Positions 47,982-59,381 of a DNA stretch of 64,000 nt are shown here, in pieces. Within the stretch, counting starts at the first letter, position 1, and the number at the start of each line of letters is the position of its first letter. The notes beneath the pieces are model-generated. The model did not search any database. It saw only the letters and a program-made list of their open reading frames with translations, and had not been told where the DNA came from. Both the position numbers and the translations under genes were made by a program. Source of the DNA: Paludibacteraceae bacterium. GTDB lineage: Bacteria; Bacteroidota; Bacteroidia; Bacteroidales; Paludibacteraceae. Where the stretch lies: assembly GCA_045617845.1 (NCBI GenBank), contig JAZLJL010000084.1, forward strand, positions 1,922 to 65,921, written 5' to 3'.

Positions 47982-48716
47982 TTATTCTTCACCCAAAGCC
48001 ATTTGCGACAATGAGGACAGAACATGGAAAGCTATGAAATTCCCAAATGTGGCAGGCATATAAGAGATGGTGCCTACTGTCGATACCTTATTCTCTTCCT
48101 GTACCATCAAAACAGCCTTTTCATCGGGTAATTCGGAGCTAAACACCACCTTGAAACCCTTCTTTATGCCAAGTTTCCCCAAACGCTTCCGAACTGCTTT
48201 CGCCAAAGTGCAATTATAAGATTTGGAAATATCCGCGATCTGAATCTTAGTGATGTCGCTCTTTGCGCCCGCACCCATCGACGAAACGAGAGGCAGACGG
48301 CGTTCCATAGCACATTGGATAAGATAGACCTTCGGACTCAAGGTATCGATGGCGTCCACCACGAAATCGTAATGGGCCTCATCCAACAATTGAGGGATCA
48401 ATTCATCCTTCAGAAAAACGGCATGGACATGAAGGTTCAACTCAGGATTGATGTCGAGAAGACGCTTCCGGAGAACTTCGGTCTTATCCATCCCCAACGT
48501 TGAATGCAAAGCCACCAACTGACGGTTGATATTGCTTTCGCTCACCTTGTCGGCGTCAACGATGGTGATCTCGCCGACACCACCTCTCACAAGCATCTCT
48601 GCCGCATATGCGCCGACACCGCCAACACCTACGACCAGTACATGTCTCTTCTCCAGAGAAGCCATTACTGTTTCACCTAAAAGGAGCTTCGTCCTGACTT
48701 GCCATTCCTTATCCAT
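47982..48716 (-). CDS. tcdA: tRNA threonylcarbamoyladenosine dehydratase (ThiF/E1-like)
   Basis: The ATG at 48716 gives MDKEWQVRTKLLLG.. and the Rossmann motif HVLVVGVGGVGAYAAEMLVRGGVGEITIVDADKVSESNINRQ. Confidence 0.85.
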   Translation of the reverse strand: MDKEWQVRTKLLLGETVMASLEKRHVLVVGVGGVGAYAAEMLVRGGVGEITIVDADKVSESNINRQLVALHSTLGMDKTEVLRKRLLDINPELNLHVHAVFLKDELIPQLLDEAHYDFVVDAIDTLSPKVYLIQCAMERRLPLVSSMGAGAKSDITKIQIADISKSYNCTLAKAVRKRLGKLGIKKGFKVVFSSELPDEKAVLMVQEENKVSTVGTISYMPATFGNFIAFHVLSSLSQMALGEE

Positions 48717-48844
48717 CTTAATTAAAGTTTGGGACAAAGTTAAGAAATAATCACCTGCACGGAATATCAAGGCGCACGAAAAAAGCGAAGGGGTGTGGGG
48801 CATATGGCTCACACATCGTCGCCTTAAAAATTTTATTTAATGAA

Positions 48845-51800
48845 TTACTCTTTTACGATGGATTCATCATAAACCTCCTTATCCGTGGAGATTTCCAAAT
48901 GATAAACTCCGGAAGAAAGTCCCTTTACATCGATGGATTCGGATGGCTTCACATTCTCCTTCACCATGACCAAACGACCCAAGTTATCATAAACGAAGAG
49001 ATCGAAAGAATCCGCGATGTTCACATTCAGGACATCACTGACCGGATTAGGATAGACAGAAACGACAGGTACCATCTCCTCAGACTCCGTCTCCTCCTCC
49101 AAATCTGTCGTAAAACACTCATCGCTGTTACATACTCTAGAACTATTAGCGGTACCCGGAGTAGGAGAGAAGACACGTCCACCGGAACAATCACCAAATG
49201 TCACCCATTCATCACCACCATCACTCAACAAACCATATGACTTATTCTCCTCGGTATATCCATATTCAGCGTCATCGACAATATACACATCCTCTCCACA
49301 TTTCATATTAATCGCAATATACGAGTTAGATGTATTGGACAACTTGAATCCCACATGCAAAGGGCCACGGAAAGACATTCCATCCGCCCAAACAAGCAAC
49401 CTGCCCTTAGGCGCCACCTTAGTCTCCTCGTATCCATAAGGAATCATGTACTTCGTACTCTTCCTGGAATTATCAGTCAAATACATACCCGCAAGATTGA
49501 TAGTCTCGTCTCCGTCATTGTAAATCTCGAACCAATCAGGATAATTACCATATTCGTCGGCTGTGCCTCCTGTCTTGTTATTAGAAGCACAGATCTCATT
49601 GATTCTGATGGAAGGTTGCTCACAGTCGCCCAACTTCTCGAAGACAGCGGTCAAAGAGACATCCCCATTCACCTTCACATGGTAAACAGGATCGGTAGAG
49701 ACATATTCTCCTGTGGAAGTAGGAACCGCAGGAGTCCCATAAACGATAGCCTCCTCGAAGGAAAGCTTCAAATCAGAACTCTTCGCCTCATGCTGGTGCA
49801 CCTCCACGGCAAAAACATTCTTACCCTTCACCAATAAAGAGCAAGGAATAACAACAGTCTCAACGGAATCATTTGCCCAAGTACTGGAGAACTTCGTTCC
49901 ACTCACTTGGTTCACATCGATATTGCTGTAGGCAACCCTTTGACCATTCACGTAAAGAATATAAGAGTCATCAAAAGTAACGCGCGCGACAATCGCCTTC
50001 ACGTCATCAAGGTCATCCATATCAAACACACTTCTAAAATAAACCGCCGCATAATGGTTACCTGCCTCGCCACTCTCAATGACAGTGTTAAAGTCAGAGT
50101 CATCACCATCATGATAGCCCATCACACCTGAACCAGGCAACCATGAAGAATCGTCAAAGTCCAAATATCGCCAACTCTTTGAGGACATACCATCCTTTGA
50201 AGTATAACACTTCCACTCCCTGGTTTGGGTATAGGCAAGACTCGTCGTATCAATCGGATCCTCCTCAACGACCACCTCCGTGTTATTAGATTCGCCCTCG
50301 CTCTTCCACCCAAGGAAACGATATCCGACTTGAGGGATAGCCTCAACCGTCAACTCCCTGCCTGAAATATACTTTCCTGAGAATGAAGAAGAAGGGACAA
50401 GGTCACCGTTCATCAAGACATGACATTTTGATGAGCTGGAAGCTAAATTCAGTCTCACTAGGCTACTACCATCGTTCTCAGGGAAGTTATCCTTATCAAG
50501 CATTTGACTGTAAATATAGCCAGGACGATCTTTCGCGAAATCCAACATGATTCGTACTTTCTCCATGTTATCCAATTGAGCACCATCGAAAGACGCGCAG
50601 AACTCTTTTGATACCAATCCGGAAATGCTATCCCAAGTAGCTTCCACATTTTCATACTTCAGAGTGGTACCGAGCTGAATCAAATATCTATTTAAGAATT
50701 TATCCCTAAAAGTCTTGTTTTTCATCAAATTGGAGAAAATGATGGTTTTCCACTTCGTGTCATCAGTGAAACCTTTATCTTTATCACCATTAGCCCAATT
50801 ACTACGGGAACCGGCACCCATCGACCACTGGAACATATCGACAGAAGGGACACAATGGTTACCATTACTTTCGTCATAAAGTCCCAAACCAAAATCGGTA
50901 TCAAAAGAGATCCAACGGAAACGACCATTGTTACGCTCCCTCCACATCTTGCAGTTGTTAGCAGGCCAATCTGTATTGACGATGAACTGCTCGAAAATTT
51001 GGTAGTCGATATACTCATCCATATCCATCAACTTAGAAGCCTTGTCAAAATAATCATCCGCCTCAGGATTATTCGTTGAAAGGAAATCGACCAAGTAATT
51101 GTAGGCGTCAATCGTTCCACAAGTAGGGACAACACCATTTTTGTTCGTAATCTCAATCACATCGATATCCTTCTCGTCCAAACCATAATTAGATTCGACG
51201 AAAGCCTTATTAGTACGTTCACGCAATCCCATCAAACCTTTATATTCACCATTCAAGAAAAAAGCCACAGGTTGATAAGCTTGGTAGTCTATATTCATAT
51301 GCTTCGCAATGGACTGCATAAAGCCATCTCGGCAACGGATATAACGCTCTTCGTGCCCATTTCCACCATTCCTGAGTTGCAAAGACTTATATTCGTTCCC
51401 AATCTTATCCGAGAAAAAGTCGTACTCCAACTTGGTATTCTTATTGCCCATACGATTACCCGCCTTGATCTTCAAAGACTTGACATCGTACTTACGGGAA
51501 CAACCGCCCATGACCTGGATATCCACCTCATGGGACAAAACACGTTGGTTATTGACAATATACTCGAAATTGGCAGGACGAGCCCAATCCATCACATAAT
51601 TAAGTTTCCTGTCAGGGAGACAAGAAGTATGTGGATTTTCAGAATATTCATTATACTCAGCACCATCCGTATAGATACCAGTCACGTCATTATCCAGGTT
51701 TTCCTTATCAGTCACGATGGACACAATAGGCAAAGTGAAACCGGAAGAACAATTGTTATGTTTCTCGTCCACGAAAAGGAACGTACCTGTCAAAATAGGG

Positions 51801-52564
51801 CTCGACATCATTCCATCCTTATAAGCCCTTGCCCTTACGATCATGTTTGAGAACGCCTCGACTTGAATACCAATCGATTGATTATACTTATTACCATTAT
51901 CCTTAGATGGTTCGGAACCATCGGTCGTATAATAAATAGTAGCTCCGTCAGTTTGGGTAGATAAATAAATTACTGTATTGTTGTTCGAAAGGACACCCGG
52001 CTGCGCTCCTCTATCATTGAAAGTAGGAGCGAAACAACGGGAAGACAAACTTTTATAGGATTGACTATTCGCTTGTTTGGGAGTCGGCTCCATATAACCG
52101 GCAACGCCGTTATAGATACCATAGGAGATGTGAGTCAAAGTGGGCTCATACCTAAAAGAGTCGATGGAAACGCTTGATTGGTCCTTGATCACCAAGATTC
52201 CACCACCTGAATCAAGTTTACGCTCCGTCTTGCTATCCATTTCGGAACCATCAAAACAGAACACCTTATATCCATTTCCGGAAACCTTGATAGACTCATT
52301 GATTTTCCATTCCCACTCCATTTTAATGGAACCATCAGATTTAATTTTGTAATGTACAAATTTGTACCCCTGCAAATCGACGCTGTGTTCAGCATCATTA
52401 GACACTTCAACCCAACCATTATAATTCTGGTCTACCATATAGGTTGAAATATTACATGGCATCACTTCACTCACCCTAACATCCGCATTCGCCGCAAACC
52501 CAAAAGACAATCCGGCTAGCACGAATGCCGCCCTTGTCTGTCCGAATCGAATTAGTGTTTTCAT
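48845..52564 (-). CDS. CotH-family kinase-like protein with two lamin-tail (LTD) domains and a T9SS C-terminal sorting domain
   Basis: Signal peptide from the ATG at 52564. LTD-like VRVSEVMPCN...NGWVEVSN and IRINEICASNN...PDWFEIYN. CotH-like core (YIDYQIFEQFIVNTDWPANNCKMWRE..RWISFDTDFGLG). Tail VSVYPNPVSDVLNV...GVYHLEISTDKEVY. Confidence 0.8.
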   Translation of the reverse strand: MKTLIRFGQTRAAFVLAGLSFGFAANADVRVSEVMPCNISTYMVDQNYNGWVEVSNDAEHSVDLQGYKFVHYKIKSDGSIKMEWEWKINESIKVSGNGYKVFCFDGSEMDSKTERKLDSGGGILVIKDQSSVSIDSFRYEPTLTHISYGIYNGVAGYMEPTPKQANSQSYKSLSSRCFAPTFNDRGAQPGVLSNNNTVIYLSTQTDGATIYYTTDGSEPSKDNGNKYNQSIGIQVEAFSNMIVRARAYKDGMMSSPILTGTFLFVDEKHNNCSSGFTLPIVSIVTDKENLDNDVTGIYTDGAEYNEYSENPHTSCLPDRKLNYVMDWARPANFEYIVNNQRVLSHEVDIQVMGGCSRKYDVKSLKIKAGNRMGNKNTKLEYDFFSDKIGNEYKSLQLRNGGNGHEERYIRCRDGFMQSIAKHMNIDYQAYQPVAFFLNGEYKGLMGLRERTNKAFVESNYGLDEKDIDVIEITNKNGVVPTCGTIDAYNYLVDFLSTNNPEADDYFDKASKLMDMDEYIDYQIFEQFIVNTDWPANNCKMWRERNNGRFRWISFDTDFGLGLYDESNGNHCVPSVDMFQWSMGAGSRSNWANGDKDKGFTDDTKWKTIIFSNLMKNKTFRDKFLNRYLIQLGTTLKYENVEATWDSISGLVSKEFCASFDGAQLDNMEKVRIMLDFAKDRPGYIYSQMLDKDNFPENDGSSLVRLNLASSSSKCHVLMNGDLVPSSSFSGKYISGRELTVEAIPQVGYRFLGWKSEGESNNTEVVVEEDPIDTTSLAYTQTREWKCYTSKDGMSSKSWRYLDFDDSSWLPGSGVMGYHDGDDSDFNTVIESGEAGNHYAAVYFRSVFDMDDLDDVKAIVARVTFDDSYILYVNGQRVAYSNIDVNQVSGTKFSSTWANDSVETVVIPCSLLVKGKNVFAVEVHQHEAKSSDLKLSFEEAIVYGTPAVPTSTGEYVSTDPVYHVKVNGDVSLTAVFEKLGDCEQPSIRINEICASNNKTGGTADEYGNYPDWFEIYNDGDETINLAGMYLTDNSRKSTKYMIPYGYEETKVAPKGRLLVWADGMSFRGPLHVGFKLSNTSNSYIAINMKCGEDVYIVDDAEYGYTEENKSYGLLSDGGDEWVTFGDCSGGRVFSPTPGTANSSRVCNSDECFTTDLEEETESEEMVPVVSVYPNPVSDVLNVNIADSFDLFVYDNLGRLVMVKENVKPSESIDVKGLSSGVYHLEISTDKEVYDESIVKE

Positions 52565-52886
52565 AAGCAATTCATTTAAAATTAACACCATTAGAGGTAA
52601 GAAAACCCATCAGGAAAGTCGCCTTCCCTGTCAACTCTGTTTCATATCAAATTAGGAGGTTTTTTACCCTTTTCTTTGTAAACTCGATTACGAATATAAT
52701 AAAATTTCCTTAAAATCAAAAAAAAAACGAACTTATACGCTTGATAATACGCAAAGAATTTTGTATAGGCTTGACCTGATGGAGCAACTTTTTCCTAAAA
52801 ATCACACGAAGACGGAAATAATACTTTGTGGTATGCAAAAAATAAGATTTCTTTGCGAAACAAATAGATGAAATCTTTTTCTTGAG

Positions 52887-54371
52887 ATGGCTGAGATGAA
52901 AAACCTTGCTAAACAGACCGCAATATACGGCGTTAGCAGCATTTTAGGGAAATTCTTGAATTGGTGCCTCGTGCCCCTTTACACGTATGTGCTCACCAAT
53001 TCCGCCGAATACGGCATCGTGACAAACCTCTACGCATGGACTGCCCTCCTTCTGGTTATCCTAACCTATGGCATGGAGACAGGCTTTTTCCGCTTCGCCA
53101 ACAAAGAAAAAGAAAAAGTCAACGACGTTTACAGCACCGTAACGTGTTGCGTCGGAGCCACCTCCACCGTCTTCGCCCTCCTGGCCATCGCTTTCAGCCA
53201 ACCGATCGCTGACCTACTTGGATACTCCAACCACCCCGAGTTCATCTGGATGCTCTGCGTCATCGTGGCGATAGACGCTTTCGACTGCATCCCTTTCGCT
53301 TTCCTTCGTTTCCAAAACCGACCCATCCGGTTCGCATACTTGAAACTCGCCATGATCTTGGTGAACATCCTCTCCAACCTCTTCTTCCTGATAGCATGCC
53401 CGAAAATCAACGAAACCCATCCGGAATGGACCTCATGGTTCTATAATCCATCATACGGTGTGGGATACATCTTCGTCTCCAACTTCATCTCCACCCTATT
53501 CGTCACATTGATGCTGTTGCCGGAAATCCTCAAGACCAAACTGAAAGTGGATTTCTCTATGCTCAAATCAATTCTCCAATACTCTTTTCCACTCCTTATA
53601 CTAGGCGTGGCGGGCATCATGAACCAAAGTTTGGATAAAATCATCTTCCCATACCTCATTCCGGATAGGGCCATAGCCGACGCCCAACTCGGCATCTATG
53701 GAGCATGCTTCAAGGTGGCGATGGTAATGATGATGTTCACCCAAGCCTTTCGTTACGCCTACGAACCATTCGTTTTCGCCCAAAATAAGGGAGGCGACAA
53801 GAAGCAGGAATGTGCGGATGCGATGAAGTTCTTCGTCATCTTCTCTTTCCTCATTTTCTTAGGAATGGTATTTTACTTGGATATACTAAAATTCCTCATT
53901 CGAAGCGACTATTGGGAAGGCCTACGAGTAGTGCCGATTATTCTGATCTCCTACCTCTTCCAAGGCATCTTCTTTAACCTCGCTGTATGGTACAAACTGA
54001 CCGACAAAACGCAATATGGCGCCTATTTCTCTATAATAGGTCTAATAATCACCTTATTAGTAAATATCCTATTCGTGCCAAAATACGGTTACATGGCTTC
54101 CGCGGCTGCCTCGCTCTGCTGTTTCTTCATCGTCACTCTCCTCTCCTATTTCATCGGACAGAAGCACTACCCTGTCCCATATGACCTGAAGACAATTTTC
54201 TTATATGCGGGTGTGACAGCGCTCTTCTTCGCCATACACACCTTTTCACCGGCACAGGGCATCCTCAGATATGTGCAAGATACTCTCCTGCTGATACTCT
54301 TCGTGACGTTAATCATCAAGAGGGACTTGCCATTAAAGGCAATACCGGTCATCGGAAAGTTTTTCAAATAA
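52887..54371 (+). CDS. Wzx-like oligosaccharide/polysaccharide flippase (MOP superfamily)
   Basis: 494 aa with about 12-14 TM helices and an N-terminal KQTAIYGVSSILGKFLNWCLVPLYT pattern. Confidence 0.75.
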   Translation: MAEMKNLAKQTAIYGVSSILGKFLNWCLVPLYTYVLTNSAEYGIVTNLYAWTALLLVILTYGMETGFFRFANKEKEKVNDVYSTVTCCVGATSTVFALLAIAFSQPIADLLGYSNHPEFIWMLCVIVAIDAFDCIPFAFLRFQNRPIRFAYLKLAMILVNILSNLFFLIACPKINETHPEWTSWFYNPSYGVGYIFVSNFISTLFVTLMLLPEILKTKLKVDFSMLKSILQYSFPLLILGVAGIMNQSLDKIIFPYLIPDRAIADAQLGIYGACFKVAMVMMMFTQAFRYAYEPFVFAQNKGGDKKQECADAMKFFVIFSFLIFLGMVFYLDILKFLIRSDYWEGLRVVPIILISYLFQGIFFNLAVWYKLTDKTQYGAYFSIIGLIITLLVNILFVPKYGYMASAAASLCCFFIVTLLSYFIGQKHYPVPYDLKTIFLYAGVTALFFAIHTFSPAQGILRYVQDTLLLILFVTLIIKRDLPLKAIPVIGKFFK

Positions 54372-54515
54372 ATCCCGTATAAAATCATATCCGTAGGGGA
54401 CGGATATCGCAATTGTACCGACGGGGAAAAACTGGCCTCCACTATCGCACCACATGCCCAAACCTCCAAAATTGAAAATATTTATACGAATTTTCGTACC
54501 TTCGATAAAAATCCC

Positions 54516-54523
54516 TAACTTTG
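54516..54523 (+). promoter_or_regulatory. Bacteroidota -7 promoter box (TAnnTTTG)
   Basis: taactttg, 23 nt upstream of the ATG at 54546. Confidence 0.45.
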
Positions 54524-54545
54524 GCAAAATTATTCGATTGAGATA

Positions 54546-55004
54546 ATGGAAAAGATTGACGAGCTAGATAAGGACATCCTAAAAATCATCACAAGAAACG
54601 CCCGCATACCATTCAAGGATGTGGCCGCTGAATGTGGCGTTTCCCGCGCAGCCATCCACCAACGTGTACAACACTTGGCCGACTTAGGCGTGATCATCGG
54701 TTCAGGCTACCATGTCAACCCGAAAATCCTAGGTTACCAGACTTGTACCTATATAGGCATCAAACTCGAAAAAGGTTCCATGTACTCCGAAGTGGTTCCT
54801 GAGCTGGAAAAAATACCCGAAATCGTCGAATGTCACTTCACCACTGGTCCATACACCATGATGGTGAAACTCTACGCCAAAGACAACGAGCACCTCATGC
54901 AACTCCTAAACGGAAAAATCCAAAGCATCAAAGGAGTATCTGCCACGGAAACGCTCATTTGCCTCGAACAAAGCATCAAAAGGGAACTGCCAATCTCCCT
55001 ATAA
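54546..55004 (+). CDS. Lrp/AsnC-family transcriptional regulator
   Basis: LDKDILKIITRNARIPFKDVAAECGVSRAAIHQRVQHL HTH, followed by an RAM-like C-terminal domain. Confidence 0.9.
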   Translation: MEKIDELDKDILKIITRNARIPFKDVAAECGVSRAAIHQRVQHLADLGVIIGSGYHVNPKILGYQTCTYIGIKLEKGSMYSEVVPELEKIPEIVECHFTTGPYTMMVKLYAKDNEHLMQLLNGKIQSIKGVSATETLICLEQSIKRELPISL

Positions 55005-55211
55005 ACCGGAGGTTTCACCCCATTATTAAGGCGATGGCACAATCTATCGAGATAACCAATTTGTACATTGTCTTGAAACAATAAACGATAAGTGTTTAAA
55101 TATTAAGCACTTACAATATATCGGGAAATCTGGAGGAAATTGCCGCAAGGGTACTATTCGGATATTCCTATTTCTTTCGTATTTTCGCGTCACGAACATG
55201 TGGGTTGGATT

Positions 55212-56648
55212 ATGAATGACAACATAGTAGATACTATCACCAAAGGAGATTACAAATACGGATTTGTAACCGACATCGAAACCGAAATCATCCCCAAAGG
55301 ATTAAGCGAGGAGGTTGTACGCCTCATCTCCCAAAAGAAAGGAGAACCAGACTGGCTTCTTGAATTCAGGCTGAAAGCCTACAAACATTGGCTGACGTTG
55401 AAAGAACCCCAATGGGCACACCTCTCCATTCCCAAAATCGATTACCAAGATATTTACTATTACGCCGCCCCTAAGAAAAACGCCCCAAAAAGCGAAAAGG
55501 ACATCGACCCTGAGTTATTGAAGACCTTCGATAAGTTGGGCATTCCACTGGAAGAGCAAAAAAGTCTTGCGGGAATGGCGGTGGACGCCGTCATGGACAG
55601 CATCTCCGTCAAGACGACATACCGCGAAAACCTCGCCGAACTGGGCATCATTTTCTGTTCGTTCAACGAAGCGGTGAAAAACTACCCGGACTTGGTGAAA
55701 AAATACCTAGGAACCGTGGTCCCTTACACCGACAACTACTTCGCCGCCCTCAATTCGGCGGTCTTCAGCGACGGCTCCTTCGTCTATATCCCGAAAGGGG
55801 TCCGTTGTCCGATGGAACTCTCCACCTACTTCAGAATCAACGCCGCCCAAACCGGACAATTCGAACGCACACTCATCGTGGCTGACGACGACAGTTATGT
55901 CTCCTACTTGGAAGGCTGCACCGCCCCTATGCGCGACGAAAGCCAGCTGCATGCGGCAATTGTCGAACTCGTGACACACGACAGGGCGGAAATCAAATAC
56001 TCAACCGTACAAAACTGGTACCCCGGCGACAAGGAAGGGAAGGGAGGTATCTACAATTTCGTGACCAAACGTGCGCTCTGCAAAGGCATCTCGTCAAAGG
56101 TGTCTTGGACCCAAGTGGAGACAGGATCGGCCATCACATGGAAATATCCTAGTTGCGTGTTACTCGGAGACAATTCGGTAGGTGAATTCTATTCCGTCGC
56201 CGTCACGAACAACTTCCAACAAGCCGACACCGGAACCAAGATGATCCATCTCGGCAAAAACACCAGAAGCCACATCGTCTCCAAAGGAATCTCAGCAGGT
56301 TACAGCCAAAACAGTTACAGGGGATTGGTGAAAGTGACGAAGAACGCCAACGGCGCTCGTAACTTCTCCCAATGCGACAGTTTGCTCATGGGAGACAAAT
56401 GCGGAGCCCACACCTTCCCTTACATGGATATCCAGAACGACACGGCGATCGTGGAGCACGAGGCGACCACCTCGAAAATCAACGAGGACCAAATTTTCTA
56501 CTGCAACCAACGTGGCATCAGCACCGAAGACGCCGTAGGCTTGATCGTAAACGGATACGCCAAGGAAGTGCTCAACAAATTACCGATGGAATTCGCGGTG
56601 GAAGCGCAGAAATTGCTGCAGGTTTCATTGGAAGGTTCCGTGGGATAA
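55212..56648 (+). CDS. sufB: Fe-S cluster assembly protein SufB
   Basis: The ATG at 55212 ([18 protein letters not shown]..) and conserved blocks ([31 protein letters not shown]) match SufB. The listed start at 55140 is a TTG. Confidence 0.93.
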   Translation: MNDNIVDTITKGDYKYGFVTDIETEIIPKGLSEEVVRLISQKKGEPDWLLEFRLKAYKHWLTLKEPQWAHLSIPKIDYQDIYYYAAPKKNAPKSEKDIDPELLKTFDKLGIPLEEQKSLAGMAVDAVMDSISVKTTYRENLAELGIIFCSFNEAVKNYPDLVKKYLGTVVPYTDNYFAALNSAVFSDGSFVYIPKGVRCPMELSTYFRINAAQTGQFERTLIVADDDSYVSYLEGCTAPMRDESQLHAAIVELVTHDRAEIKYSTVQNWYPGDKEGKGGIYNFVTKRALCKGISSKVSWTQVETGSAITWKYPSCVLLGDNSVGEFYSVAVTNNFQQADTGTKMIHLGKNTRSHIVSKGISAGYSQNSYRGLVKVTKNANGARNFSQCDSLLMGDKCGAHTFPYMDIQNDTAIVEHEATTSKINEDQIFYCNQRGISTEDAVGLIVNGYAKEVLNKLPMEFAVEAQKLLQVSLEGSVG

Positions 56649-56734
56649 AAAAGAATTAAGAGTTAAGAATTAAGAATTAAGAGGTGGATCGTTCCTCTCA
56701 AAATTCAAAGATTCAAAATTCAAAATTAACTACA

Positions 56735-57487
56735 ATGTTAGAGATAAAGAATTTGCATGCCAGCATCAATGGCAAAGAGATTTTGAGGGGAATTAACCTG
56801 TCGGTCAAGGCAGGTGAAGTACACGCCATCATGGGACCTAACGGTTCCGGTAAGAGCACATTGTCTTCCGTATTGGCGGGCGACCCGACTTTCACGGTTA
56901 CCGAAGGTGAAGTTTACTTCAACGGGAAAAACCTATTGGAGCTCTCACCGGAAGACCGTTCCAGGGAAGGTATTTTCCTCAGCTTCCAATATCCCGTGGA
57001 GATTCCCGGCGTCAGTATGGTGAACTTCATGCGCACCGCGGTAAACGAACATAGGAAATATAAAGGATTGGACCCCATGTCGGCTTCCGACTTCCTCAAA
57101 CTGATGCGTGAAAAGAAGGAATTGGTGGAATTGGACAATAAATTGGCTAACCGTTCCGTCAACGAAGGTTTCTCCGGAGGCGAAAAGAAACGTAACGAGA
57201 TATTCCAAATGGCGATGCTGGAACCTAAATTGTCCATTTTGGACGAAACGGACAGCGGATTGGACATAGATGCCTTACGCATCGTCGCAAGCGGCGTAAA
57301 CAAACTTAAAAACGCCGACAACGCCAGCATCGTGATCACCCACTACCAACGTCTGTTGGATTACATTGTACCGGACATCGTCCATGTCCTCTACAAAGGC
57401 CAAATAGTGAAGACTGCAGGAAAGGAACTGGCGCTTGAACTGGAAGAGAAAGGATATGACTGGATTAAAAAGGAATTGGGCGAATAA
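56735..57487 (+). CDS. sufC: Fe-S cluster assembly ATPase SufC
   Basis: MLEIKNLHASINGKEILRGINL, Walker A GPNGSGKST, signature FSGGEKKRNEI, and Walker B LSILDETDSGLD. Confidence 0.93.
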   Translation: MLEIKNLHASINGKEILRGINLSVKAGEVHAIMGPNGSGKSTLSSVLAGDPTFTVTEGEVYFNGKNLLELSPEDRSREGIFLSFQYPVEIPGVSMVNFMRTAVNEHRKYKGLDPMSASDFLKLMREKKELVELDNKLANRSVNEGFSGGEKKRNEIFQMAMLEPKLSILDETDSGLDIDALRIVASGVNKLKNADNASIVITHYQRLLDYIVPDIVHVLYKGQIVKTAGKELALELEEKGYDWIKKELGE

Positions 57488-57498
57488 TTGAATCGAAT

Positions 57499-58842
57499 AT
57501 GTCTGTAGAACAATCATACATAGATATTTATAAGCAATACGGCGACGTCATCAAGAAGAACAGCGCCGACCCCATGAACGCCCTAAGGGATGAAGCGTTC
57601 GCATCCTTCCAAAAGACCGGATTCCCTACCCAACGACAAGAGGATTTCAAATACACCAACCTGAGCGAACAATTCGCGGTTAACTACGGCATGAACCTCA
57701 ACAGAATTGAGCTGAAAGAGAATTTCCGTTGCGACGTTCCGGGTATTAACGCTTATCTTTTCTACATCGTCAACGATACTTTCTTCTGCCCGCCCGAAAG
57801 CATAAAAGCGATGGATGAATTACGCGAAAAAGGCGTTTCCATCGGTAGTTTAAGGGAGTATTCAAAAACAGAACCCAAGTTGGTGGCGGCATATTACGGT
57901 CAAACGGCGAGTTGCGGGAAAGATCCTTTGGTCGACTTCAACACTAGTTTCGCGCAAGATGGCTTTTTCCTTCACGTTCCGGACAACACCGTTCTCGATA
58001 AGCCCATCCAACTTATCTGCGTCATGACCGGGAAAGCCCCGATGTTAGGTAATCAACGCAACTTAATCATCATAGGGAAAAACGCGCAAGCGAAACTTTT
58101 GCTGTGCGCCCACACCAGAGGGGAAATCGAACAACTTTCCAACCGCGTGACTGAAGTTTTCGTCGATGAAAACGCCGTTTACGACCATTATAAATTGGAG
58201 AACACACATTCGAAGTCAGTCAGCTTGGCTTCGCTCAACATCAAGCAGAAATCAGGTTCCGAACTGATTGTGAACGACATCACACTCCATAACGGTCTCA
58301 CAAGAAACAGAATCGTAATCGATATCGACGGGGAACATTGCCAAACTACCTTGAGCGGAATGGCAATCGGCGACGCCAAACAACACATCGACAACTCGAC
58401 ACTTATCAACCACAACTTTCCTAACTGCAAAAGCAAGGAGTTGTACAAATATGTGCTTAATGACGAGGCGAAAGGCGCATTCTCCGGTAAAATCATGGTG
58501 GCAAAAGGCGCCTACAAAACGGAAGCGTACCAAACCGACCGAAACGTCTGCATGTCGCCTACCGCCCGCATGTACACACAACCACACTTGGAAATCTACG
58601 CCGATGACGTTAAGTGTAGCCATGGAGCCTCAACGGGAAGAATCGATGAAACGGCACTTTTCTATCTTCGTTCAAGGGGTATCCCGGAAGCTGAAGCGAG
58701 AATGTTGCTGATGTTCGCCTTTGTGAGCGACGTGCTGGATAACATCCGCATAGAAGCCGTGAAAGATAAGATCAGGATGCTCGTCGAGCAACGTTTCCGC
58801 GGTGAGCTTTCCCACTGCAGCGGATGCGGGGCTTGCAAATAA
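57499..58842 (+). CDS. sufD: Fe-S cluster assembly protein SufD
   Basis: Position after sufC and a C-terminal beta-helix block (TDRNVCMSPTARMYTQPHLEIYADDVKCSHGASTGRIDETALFYLRSRGI). Confidence 0.88.
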   Translation: MSVEQSYIDIYKQYGDVIKKNSADPMNALRDEAFASFQKTGFPTQRQEDFKYTNLSEQFAVNYGMNLNRIELKENFRCDVPGINAYLFYIVNDTFFCPPESIKAMDELREKGVSIGSLREYSKTEPKLVAAYYGQTASCGKDPLVDFNTSFAQDGFFLHVPDNTVLDKPIQLICVMTGKAPMLGNQRNLIIIGKNAQAKLLLCAHTRGEIEQLSNRVTEVFVDENAVYDHYKLENTHSKSVSLASLNIKQKSGSELIVNDITLHNGLTRNRIVIDIDGEHCQTTLSGMAIGDAKQHIDNSTLINHNFPNCKSKELYKYVLNDEAKGAFSGKIMVAKGAYKTEAYQTDRNVCMSPTARMYTQPHLEIYADDVKCSHGASTGRIDETALFYLRSRGIPEAEARMLLMFAFVSDVLDNIRIEAVKDKIRMLVEQRFRGELSHCSGCGACK

Positions 58843-58880
58843 AGGGCGATTTCATCGAGAATAATAACAAACACAATACA

Positions 58881-58910
58881 CCCCGAAAGTTGGTCAAATA
58901 ACTTTCGGGG
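58881..58910. terminator. Hairpin downstream of sufD (terminator-like, weak T tract)
   Basis: ccccgaaagt(58881-90)/actttcgggg(58901-10), a perfect 10-bp stem. The flanking T run is poor on both strands. Confidence 0.4.
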
Positions 58911-59015
58911 TGCATTATCTCTGCATTCAATTATCCATGGATTTTAAAAGGCGAATCATTATTGGCAAAAACGAACCATGTTCTATTATTTGTCGTCTAT
59001 CCCACAATAATAATT

Positions 59016-59381
59016 CTAAAATATTTTCCTTCCGTGTATCGCCTCATGTTCATCCCTCATGACGGGAAGAATATTGTTCAACGCATTATTCGTTTTATTC
59101 CTATCGATATGATGAACATCCATCTGAGGATTAAGTCGAAACACGTCAAAAAATGTATACGCCATTAAGAAGTGAACCTTATACGATTTGTATTTCAAAC
59201 GTATACGGTAATAGCCAGAAGGAGTAAAGATAGGTTCCAGAAATTTTTGTTCCTTCTCAGACCATATTGTTCCATTCTCACCAGCATAATAAGCATATAA
59301 TCCATACTCTGCGCTGTAATATGGAGCCAATGGTATTCCCATAAACCTCACACCATCCTTATAATCAACTTGACCTCTCAT
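59016..59381 (-). CDS. HNH endonuclease (phage/homing type)
   Basis: C-terminal MDVHHIDRNKTNNALNNILPVMRDEHEAIH (HNH/HNN), preceded by a GYYRIRL..KVHFLMAYTF block typical of small HNH_3-type proteins. Confidence 0.72.
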   Translation of the reverse strand: MRGQVDYKDGVRFMGIPLAPYYSAEYGLYAYYAGENGTIWSEKEQKFLEPIFTPSGYYRIRLKYKSYKVHFLMAYTFFDVFRLNPQMDVHHIDRNKTNNALNNILPVMRDEHEAIHGRKIF

